Source: a virus. From it: a stretch of DNA of 64,000 bases. Below the pieces are notes generated by a model. That model did not search any database. It was not told where the DNA came from and saw only the letters and a list, made by a program, of their open reading frames with translations. The first letter of the stretch is position 1. Each line of letters opens with the position of its first letter. The stretch is from IMG/VR virus record IMGVR_UViG_3300032304_000672, positions 39,696 through 103,695 of that record; one strand, written 5' to 3'. This document shows, piece after piece, positions 57,544 through 64,000 of this stretch. A program made the translations under genes and the position numbers.

Positions 57544-57884
57544 TGGCGGGATACCCAGATAGAGATAACGGATACCAATTGTGGGTTACGGATTTACAAT
57601 TGATCGCTACAAATGCGCCATCAGGTCAAAAGATTATTAGAGAATGTCTTGAGATAGCAGAGATGCTTATTCAAAAGAATATATCATACGGAGACTCAGC
57701 TTTGAGCCCAATTAGAATATTTTCACAGGCAGATAATCAAGAACAAATTAAAATTAGAATAGATGATAAGATTAATAGAATAAAGAATGGCTCAGGATTT
57801 GCTGGAGATAACGATATTGACGACATGATTGGTTATTTAATCCTACTTAAAATTGCTAAGAAACTTGCTATTTCAGTCGACTAG
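57543..57884 (+). CDS. Nucleotide-modification-associated (Nmad1/DUF1599-like) helical protein
   Basis: L..KN.SYGDS......IRIDDKI.RI.......D...D.IGY.IL. Confidence 0.7.
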   Translation: MAGYPDRDNGYQLWVTDLQLIATNAPSGQKIIRECLEIAEMLIQKNISYGDSALSPIRIFSQADNQEQIKIRIDDKINRIKNGSGFAGDNDIDDMIGYLILLKIAKKLAISVD

Positions 57885-57901
57885 AAGTATAATGATGTTA
57901 T

Positions 57902-58438
57902 ATGGAAATCGAATTAATTGATCATTATGATCGAATGAACAGAGTAGTTGAAGAACTACTCAAGGGCAATAACCCTACCCAGATAGCCACCCTAACAGGT
58001 TTTAAAAGAGCAGAAGTTGTTGAGTATATAGAAGAGTGGAAGAGTGTTGTTCACAACGACACAGCGGCTCGTGAAAGGGCTAAGGAAGCCATCTCAGGAG
58101 CTGATCAACACTACGCTATGCTTATCAAAGAGGCGTGGAAGACAGTAGAGGATGCAGATCAGGCTGGACAGCTAAGCGTTAAATCTGGAGCATTAAAACT
58201 AATTGCAGACATTGAAGGCAAAAGAATAGGCATGCTTCAAGAGATAGGCTTACTTGATAATGCTGAACTTGCTACACAGATTGCTGACACAGAACGTAAG
58301 CAAGATATCCTAGTAAAGATTTTAAAAGAAGTTACTGCAAGCTGTCCAAAATGTAAGATGGAAGTTGCTAAAAGACTATCTCAGATTACAGGAATCGTAG
58401 AGCCGATAGAGATAGTTGAGGAAGTAAGTGGACCTTAA
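57902..58438 (+). CDS. Probable terminase small subunit (N-terminal HTH)
   Basis: LLKGNNPTQIATLTGFKRAEV plus helices; overlaps the large subunit; promoter TTGCTA-17-TATAAT at 57865-57893. Confidence 0.65.
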   Translation: MEIELIDHYDRMNRVVEELLKGNNPTQIATLTGFKRAEVVEYIEEWKSVVHNDTAARERAKEAISGADQHYAMLIKEAWKTVEDADQAGQLSVKSGALKLIADIEGKRIGMLQEIGLLDNAELATQIADTERKQDILVKILKEVTASCPKCKMEVAKRLSQITGIVEPIEIVEEVSGP

Positions 58439-60218
58439 TTTTGATGATCTTATTGACATACTGGATGGCGAAGAGTTTGATGAGCGTCCAGTTGATCTAC
58501 GTACATTTGTTCAAAGCCCAGACTATCTAGGACTACCACCTTTATCTGAATATCAGTATACTCTTATTGAAAAGAGTTCTCAGATTTACAAAGAATCAAC
58601 ACTCGTTAAGCTATTTGGCGAAGACGAAGGTGTCAGAATGTTTAAGCAAACAGCTAATGAAGTTGTTGCTCAACTAGGTAAGGGTTCTGGAAAAGATTAC
58701 TGCTCTACAATATCAGTAGCATACATAGTTTATTTATTGTTGTGCCTTAAAGATCCAGCAACCTATTATGGTAAGCCTCCTGGAGACTCAATTGATATTA
58801 TTAATATTGCTATTAACTCTCAACAGGCTAACAATGTTTTCTTTAAAGGATTTAAAACACGAATAGATAAGTCGCCATGGTTTACTGGAAAGTATGAGCC
58901 AAAGGCTTCTGAAATGAAGTTTGATAAGGCTATAACAGTACACTCAGGTCACTCAGAACGTGAGGCCTGGGAAGGGTATAACGTTATCGTAATCATCCTT
59001 GACGAAATCTCAGGCTTTGCCACGGAGAATACGACTGGGCATGAGCAGGCTAAAACTGGTGGAGCTATTTATGATATGTATAGGGCATCAGTAGACTCAC
59101 GTTTCCCAGACTTCGGTAAGGTTATCCTTCTGTCATTCCCTAGATACAAGAACGATTACATCCAGCAAAGATACGATGATGTTGTAGCGGAAAAAGAAGT
59201 TGTAATTAGAACTCATCACTTTAAGCTAGACGATGATCTTCCAGATGGAACCGAAGGCAATGAGTTTGATATTGAGTGGGAAGAAGATCATATTATTTCT
59301 TATAAGTATCCTAAAATGTATGCCCTTAAAAGACCTACATGGGAAGTAAATCCAGTAAGAAAAATTGATGACTTTAAAGTGGCATTCTACAAGAACGCAC
59401 CAGATGCGCTTGGAAGATTTGCCTGCATGCCATCAGAAGCAGTAGATGCATTCTTTAAGTCAAGAGAGAAAATTGAAAAAGCATTTAGTAATATGGCTAT
59501 TGCGGTAGATAGCTTTGGAAGATTTGAAGATTGGTTTGCCCCAGATCCAGATAAGGAATACTTTATACACGTTGACCTTGCACAAAAGCATGACCATTGT
59601 GCAGTAGCAATGTCACATGTAAAGAAGTGGGTTAATGTTAAGGTAACAGATACATATTCTCAGCCAGCTCCAATTGTTGAAGTAGATGTTGTAAGATATT
59701 GGACTCCAACTCCAGATAAGTCTGTAGACTTTACAGAGGTTAAAGATTATATTCTGTCTCTTAGATCTAAAGGATTTAAAGTTAGAGTGTGCACATTTGA
59801 CAGATGGAACTCCCATGATATGATGCAGCAACTAAAGCAATATGGAATTAACACAGAGACCTTATCTGTTGCTAAAAAACATTATGATGATATGGCAATG
59901 GTTGTAGCAGAAGATAGACTTGATGGCCCACACATTCCTTTACTAATAGATGAATTGCTTCAGCTAAAGATTATGAGAGATAGAGTAGATCACCCTAGAA
60001 AGGGATCTAAAGACTTAGCCGATGCTGTTTGCGGATCTATATTTAATGCTATTAGCAGAAGCAGGCCACAGAACAATGATGAAATAGATATTCACACATA
60101 TAGTTCTTTGAAGTGGGATAGAGAAGAAGAGGAAGACACAATTGTAACAAACATGATAAGAGCACCAAGAATGCCAAAGGACTTATCAGATGTATTAGAC
60201 GGAATGGAAATAGTATGA
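58428..60218 (+). CDS. terL: Terminase large subunit
   Basis: Walker A GKGSGKD, Walker B IIILDE, coupling motif LSFP, nuclease HVDLA...FDRW...DHP..GSKDLADA. Confidence 0.92.
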   Translation: MDLNFDDLIDILDGEEFDERPVDLRTFVQSPDYLGLPPLSEYQYTLIEKSSQIYKESTLVKLFGEDEGVRMFKQTANEVVAQLGKGSGKDYCSTISVAYIVYLLLCLKDPATYYGKPPGDSIDIINIAINSQQANNVFFKGFKTRIDKSPWFTGKYEPKASEMKFDKAITVHSGHSEREAWEGYNVIVIILDEISGFATENTTGHEQAKTGGAIYDMYRASVDSRFPDFGKVILLSFPRYKNDYIQQRYDDVVAEKEVVIRTHHFKLDDDLPDGTEGNEFDIEWEEDHIISYKYPKMYALKRPTWEVNPVRKIDDFKVAFYKNAPDALGRFACMPSEAVDAFFKSREKIEKAFSNMAIAVDSFGRFEDWFAPDPDKEYFIHVDLAQKHDHCAVAMSHVKKWVNVKVTDTYSQPAPIVEVDVVRYWTPTPDKSVDFTEVKDYILSLRSKGFKVRVCTFDRWNSHDMMQQLKQYGINTETLSVAKKHYDDMAMVVAEDRLDGPHIPLLIDELLQLKIMRDRVDHPRKGSKDLADAVCGSIFNAISRSRPQNNDEIDIHTYSSLKWDREEEEDTIVTNMIRAPRMPKDLSDVLDGMEIV

Positions 60219-60466
60219 GTATATATCAAGAAAAAGCTAAAGAGTGTAAATGTTGTGGAAAGCACGTGCCACTTCCAACAGTTCTAAAAGAATATAATGG
60301 AGTTTCAGTATGCCCAACCACATTTGCTAATGTTATAGAATATAAAAGAATGTGGAAGTCTTTAGGAAAGAGACCATCTGGAAGTATAAGAAAACATTTT
60401 TCTGATTATGTTCAGCAATTAGTAGAAGAAACTATTGACAAAAATGAAGACGGAACGTTACAATAG
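60215..60466 (+). CDS. Hypothetical Cys-containing protein
   Basis: CKCCGKH...CPT; ATGA overlap. Confidence 0.6.
   Translation: MSIYQEKAKECKCCGKHVPLPTVLKEYNGVSVCPTTFANVIEYKRMWKSLGKRPSGSIRKHFSDYVQQLVEETIDKNEDGTLQ
60435..60464 (+). promoter_or_regulatory. Promoter TTGACA-18-TACAAT for the tRNA
   Basis: Lies inside the 3' end of ORF 60215, 10 nt before the tRNA. Confidence 0.6.
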
Positions 60467-60474
60467 ATCAACTG

Positions 60475-60548
60475 GCACCAGTAGCCAAGTTGGTCAAGGC
60501 CCCGAACTCATAATTCGGCTATCGTAGGTTCAAGTCCTACCTGGTGTA
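60475..60548 (+). tRNA. tRNA with CAT anticodon (probably Ile2, otherwise elongator Met); CCA not encoded
   Basis: Acceptor GCACCAG/CTGGTGT+A; D-arm GCC-AAGTTGGTCAA-GGC; anticodon arm CCGAA-CTCATAA-TTCGG; T-arm GTAGG-TTCAAGT-CCTAC. Confidence 0.93.
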
Positions 60549-60561
60549 CTAAGGAGATATT

Positions 60562-60885
60562 ATGCATGACGATAAATATGATGACGGCGATTCAAGGCTG
60601 GCATACTACCTAGAAATAGGCGCAGTGTCTTTAGAAGGCATGGATGAAAACGGCGAGATGATATTTTCTATAAGCGAAACGGCAAAAGAAATAGCACCAG
60701 AACTGTGGCAGTCACACATAGAATATGTTGATAAGTCTCTTATGGAATTATATGAGGCGGGTCTGGTTGAAGTTGAGTATGATGAAAACCTAGAAGCAAC
60801 ATTGCACTTAAGCCCAGAAGGACAAAGGGTTGCCAAAGAAAAAGGTCTAATTGAATTGGATATGCCAGACATTCCAAACGATTAA
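60562..60885 (+). CDS. Acidic hypothetical protein
   Basis: AAGGAG SD; G.DENGE..FS; LYEAGLVEVEYDE (winged-helix-like). Confidence 0.65.
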   Translation: MHDDKYDDGDSRLAYYLEIGAVSLEGMDENGEMIFSISETAKEIAPELWQSHIEYVDKSLMELYEAGLVEVEYDENLEATLHLSPEGQRVAKEKGLIELDMPDIPND

Positions 60886-60891
60886 AATTTA

Positions 60892-60964
60892 TGATATAAT
60901 TATATTAGGATGCCCTTAAGGGGTCCTATAAATTAACTTATTCGCTTGAAGGAGGAATAAAATG
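60892..60964 (+). promoter_or_regulatory. hsp20 promoter and ROSE-like two-hairpin 5' UTR
   Basis: TGaTATAAT at 60892-60900. Hairpin 1 taggat-G-ccc(ttaa)ggg-gtccta. Hairpin 2 ttattc-G-ctt(gaag)gag-gaataa occludes the SD. Confidence 0.65.
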
Positions 60965-61381
60965 GTAACAACATATACATGGGATCTTTTTAAAGATCCT
61001 TTTTTTATTGGCTTTAACCGTGAGATTGAAAGAATGGCTAATGTGCACAATGCTGCATCACGCCAATCATATCCACCATACGATGTATTAAAGCTAGATG
61101 AAGATACATATCAGGTATCTCTTGCAGTGGCAGGATTCACAAAGGAAGACATTAGCCTATCAGTAGACAACGGCACCCTTGTGGTATCTGGAGAAATTAC
61201 AGAAGTTACAGACGCAGAGGTTTTGCACAAAGGAATTGCTGCTCGTAAGTTCACACGCTCTTTTGCCCTAGGAGAATATATGGAAGTCTCTAGCGCATCT
61301 CTAAAGGACGGTATGCTTAATATTAATATTGATCGTATTGTGCCTGAAGATAAAAAGCCAAAAATCATCAAAATCAAATAA
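60962..61381 (+). CDS. Small heat-shock protein (Hsp20/IbpA family)
   Basis: IGF.R, YPPYD, LAVAGF, LHKGIA.RKF.R.F.L, A.LKDGML.I. Confidence 0.95.
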   Translation: MVTTYTWDLFKDPFFIGFNREIERMANVHNAASRQSYPPYDVLKLDEDTYQVSLAVAGFTKEDISLSVDNGTLVVSGEITEVTDAEVLHKGIAARKFTRSFALGEYMEVSSASLKDGMLNINIDRIVPEDKKPKIIKIK

Positions 61382-61393
61382 ATAGTATAATGG

Positions 61394-61480
61394 TAGTCTG
61401 CACCCCGTCACTGGGGAGTCGCAGATTATATGCGGGCCGCTACCCGCAGGATGGACCTGAGCATGTCCGCAAACTGCTCT
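61394..61480 (+). ncRNA. Candidate structured RNA (two hairpins plus H-type pseudoknot)
   Basis: GC-rich island after TATAAT at 61386-91. Pairings: tagtctgc/gcagatta with ccccg/tgggg; tgcggg/cccgca; ggac/gtcc crossed with gagca/tgctc. Confidence 0.65.
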
Positions 61481-61499
61481 TTATAATTTAAGGAGAATC

Positions 61500-61907
61500 A
61501 TGTTCGAGTATTATGTTAAAAAGGTTACTAAGGTTGTGGATGGGGATACAATCGATGTAGAGATTGATCTTGGATTTGATATCTCATTTAGCTCAAGAGT
61601 AAGGCTTGCTGGTATCGATACACCAGAAAGCAGAACAACAGATAAGATGGAAAAGGCGCTAGGGCTTGAAGCAAAAGCTTATCTTAAGCATGAAATTGAG
61701 GCTGCTAAATCTGTTGTTATTAAAACAGAAAAGATGGACTCGTCAGAAAAGTATGGAAGAATTTTGGGATGGGTTTTCCTTGATGGCTCATCAGTATCTT
61801 TAAATGAAAAAATGATTGCAGACGGACATGCCTGGGGATACTTGGGAGATACTAAGGTTAAAGACTTTAACGCCTTAGCAGAGAAGAGAAAAAAGAGCGG
61901 TAAGTAA
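61500..61907 (+). CDS. Thermonuclease (SNase-like), no signal peptide
   Basis: KVVDGDTID, RVRLAGIDTPE, KYGRILG, LNE.MI..G.A. Confidence 0.9.
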   Translation: MFEYYVKKVTKVVDGDTIDVEIDLGFDISFSSRVRLAGIDTPESRTTDKMEKALGLEAKAYLKHEIEAAKSVVIKTEKMDSSEKYGRILGWVFLDGSSVSLNEKMIADGHAWGYLGDTKVKDFNALAEKRKKSGK

Positions 61908-62095
61908 TGCCTGTATATGAGTATAAGTGTTCACACGATGATGCACATGCAACAATGTCAGTACATAGATCAATAACAGATATAGATCCAGGTTATACAT
62001 GTGTAGAGTGTGAGTCACAAATGACTAGACACTTTACACCTTTTGGTATACAGTTTAAGGGTAATGGCTTTTATAAAACAGATAATCCTAAATAA
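61907..62095 (+). CDS. FmdB-family zinc-ribbon protein
   Basis: MPVYEYKC...C..C...M.R......FKG.GFY.TD. Confidence 0.85.
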   Translation: MPVYEYKCSHDDAHATMSVHRSITDIDPGYTCVECESQMTRHFTPFGIQFKGNGFYKTDNPK

Positions 62096-62153
62096 CACTA
62101 GTGGTATAATTATTAAGTAAGCAAAGATATTGCATTACTTAGGAGATACCTAG

Positions 62154-64000
62154 TTGACTAGAAAGTTACAGTATTTTTTAACCAGCCTTTTTATAATCGG
62201 CTGGCTTTTCCTTTTTAGCCCTAGCTTTGCTAATGCCAATGAGCCACCAGCACCTGCAGAGCAAGTTGTAGTAAGCCCTGCACAGCAAGCAGTTAATACA
62301 GCAATTGCAACAGCAACTACAGAAGTTGCACAGGCTGTAGCAGCATCAGATACAGCAACAGTGACTATAGCCACTGCGGTTGAATCAGTAACAGCGTCTA
62401 ACGCTGCTGTGGCAGCAGCAAATACAGCGGTAGCAGCAGCAACGGCTGCGGTAGCAGAAGTATCAAATGTATCCTCAGCCGTAGAAACAGCAACAACAGT
62501 TGTTCAAACAGTTACATCAACAATAGCATCTGTCACACAGGCAGTGGCTGCAATTCCAGTAACAGCTACAACTCAAACACCAGAGGTTGTAGCAGCGCAA
62601 ACAATAGTAACGCAAGCCGTTACTACCGTAGATTCTGCAGTAGCCACTGTTATAGCAACAGCAACTCCATTAATGACAGAGACTCCAACCACGGTTACAC
62701 AAGTATCCACAGCAATTGCAACAGAAGTTGCCCAATCAGAGACAGCCACAGTTTTAGTTCAATCAGCACAAACAGCAATAGATACGGCTACTGCAACAGT
62801 TACTACAGCAACTACAGCGGTGGCAGCAGTAGCACCTGCACGGACAGAGGCTCAAACACAATTAACTCAAGCAAACGTAGCAATTAATAACGCCCAAGAT
62901 GCGGTCAATGCTTTGGCAGCAACCATTGGCACCACAACAAACGTTTTATCTAATGTAGATGATGCTGGTGTCCGAATGAACCTCCCATTTAATTTACAAA
63001 TGGGTGGGGTCACATACAACAATGTTTATGTTGGATCTAATGCGACAATCACCTTTGGAGTAAATGAGGGTGCAAATTATTATTCTACACCTAATGCACC
63101 CTCCATTTCTATAGCAGGGTATGACTGGACTACTTGGAGTAGTGGGTCTGGAATTACGTATTCAACAACTACAAACACCCTTAGCGTTGCTTGGGATCTT
63201 AGAGTTTATCCTTTGCAAACAGCAGAAACACAAATGACTCAAGTTAGATTTAATGCGGATGTTAATCCTTCAGATGGTGCCTGGCAGGCAGATGTAAGCG
63301 TGACTGGACCAATACCAAATGGTGCTAGATTTAACGTAAGAGAGACTACAAATGGTCCCGTAACAAATATTAGTAATACAACCACTACTACGGGATTTAC
63401 TGGAACAATTAGTCAAGGCGCTGCATTTACTCCCACCCCTGATCCAGACAATGCGACAGTCTTGGCAGCAATTGATACAGCAAATGCACAAATTGCTACA
63501 TTAAACTCAGCAGTTACAGCTATTGTTGCAACAAATACAGCAAATACAAATACAGTTATTGCACCAATTGCAACTGTTTCTCAAAATACAATTACATCAT
63601 TAAATAATGCAAGCACAGACTTAACTAATAAAGTAGCGGCAATTGCAACAGTTTCTGTAGCAGTAGAAAAAGTAACTACAGCACCTACAATAGTAGCAGC
63701 AGCTCAAACAGTAATTGATGCAGTTCCTGCACCAGCGCCCTTGCCAGCCCCTGCTCCACCTGCACCAGTTGAACCACCAGTAGTCGTGCCACCTGTAGAC
63801 ACTACACCCGTAGTCGTGCCACCTGTAGACACTACACCCGTAGTCGTGCCACCTGTAGACACTACACCAGTAACTACCACACCAGTTGATACAACACCTG
63901 TGGAGACAGAGCCAATTGACACAGAGCCTGTGGAAACAGAGCCAATTGACACAGAGCCTGTGGAAACAGAGCCAATTGACACAGAGCCTGTGGAAACAGA
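62154..64000 (+). CDS. Large secreted/surface protein, 5' part (open at window end; not in ORF track)
   Basis: TGGTATAAT at 62102-10, AGGAG, TTG start. Signal peptide MTRKLQYFLTSLFIIGWLFLFSPSFANA, then Ala/Thr/Val helices, a globular domain and Pro-rich repeats. No stop seen to 64000. Confidence 0.85.
   Translation, partial: MTRKLQYFLTSLFIIGWLFLFSPSFANANEPPAPAEQVVVSPAQQAVNTAIATATTEVAQAVAASDTATVTIATAVESVTASNAAVAAANTAVAAATAAVAEVSNVSSAVETATTVVQTVTSTIASVTQAVAAIPVTATTQTPEVVAAQTIVTQAVTTVDSAVATVIATATPLMTETPTTVTQVSTAIATEVAQSETATVLVQSAQTAIDTATATVTTATTAVAAVAPARTEAQTQLTQANVAINNAQDAVNALAATIGTTTNVLSNVDDAGVRMNLPFNLQMGGVTYNNVYVGSNATITFGVNEGANYYSTPNAPSISIAGYDWTTWSSGSGITYSTTTNTLSVAWDLRVYPLQTAETQMTQVRFNADVNPSDGAWQADVSVTGPIPNGARFNVRETTNGPVTNISNTTTTTGFTGTISQGAAFTPTPDPDNATVLAAIDTANAQIATLNSAVTAIVATNTANTNTVIAPIATVSQNTITSLNNASTDLTNKVAAIATVSVAVEKVTTAPTIVAAAQTVIDAVPAPAPLPAPAPPAPVEPPVVVPPVDTTPVVVPPVDTTPVVVPPVDTTPVTTTPVDTTPVETEPIDTEPVETEPIDTEPVETEPIDTEPVET
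63780..64000 (+). repeat. In-frame 30-bp tandem repeats (VVVPPVDTTP x3; VETEPIDTEP x3+)
   Basis: gtagtcgtgccacctgtagacactacacc(c/a) x3 from 63780; gtgga(g/a)acagagccaattgacacagagcct x3+ from 63900. Confidence 0.95.

Noticed and set aside
45054-60218. Inteins or introns in DnaB, DnaE, RecA or terminase
   Set aside because: Lengths are ordinary, motifs are contiguous, and no intein termini or homing endonuclease motifs were seen.
61457-61475. Hammerhead ribozyme core (CTGAGCA...GCAAAC)
   Set aside because: It deviates from CUGANGA/GAAA at invariant positions, the three stems cannot be built, and a pseudoknot explains the pairing better.
63780-64000. 30-bp repeats as a CRISPR array
   Set aside because: The units are contiguous with no unique spacers and are in frame within a Pro-rich coding region.
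1-64000. Stop-codon reassignment
   Set aside because: The standard code gives dense, full-length genes, and TAA, TAG and TGA all occur as true stops with coupled downstream starts.
1-64000. Integrase, lysis cassette or contractile sheath
   Set aside because: None is recognisable in this window; lifestyle and lysis genes cannot be determined from it.

Overview
This window is 64 kb of a large, AT-rich, long-tailed (siphovirus-type) dsDNA phage genome, coded almost entirely on the + strand. Gene order: (1) 1-12.7 kb, three paralogous fibre cassettes (fibre, small beta-rich adaptors, glycine-rich tip proteins) interleaved with a 2OG-Fe(II) oxygenase and other accessory genes; (2) 12.7-43 kb, head and tail morphogenesis: LamG-like protein, portal, prohead protease/scaffold, HK97-type major capsid, neck, major tail, tail chaperone with a -1 frameshift, 2125-aa tape measure, distal tail/hub and FN3/Ig tail-tip proteins; (3) 43-56 kb, replication and recombination: metallophosphoesterase, DnaB, primase, SSB, DnaE-type Pol III alpha, MazG-like, RecA, resolvases, Cas4-like nuclease; (4) 56-64 kb, a GT32 glycosyltransferase, nucleotidyltransferase and Nmad1-like trio, terminase, a tRNA(CAT), Hsp20, a thermonuclease, an FmdB-like protein and a large secreted stalk protein that runs off the window edge. 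Gene content and the many -10 boxes lying 6-8 nt before start codons (leaderless mRNAs) suggest an actinobacterial host, probably a low-GC freshwater lineage; this is inference. Best leads: an apparent plug-and-socket code of matching C- and N-terminal motifs that chains the fibre genes, a GC-rich hairpin-hairpin-pseudoknot RNA ahead of the nuclease gene, a ROSE-like thermometer on hsp20, a GG-motif-bounded insert in the tape measure, and an AgI/II-like phage-encoded surface protein. All family assignments come from motif recognition by eye; no searches were run.
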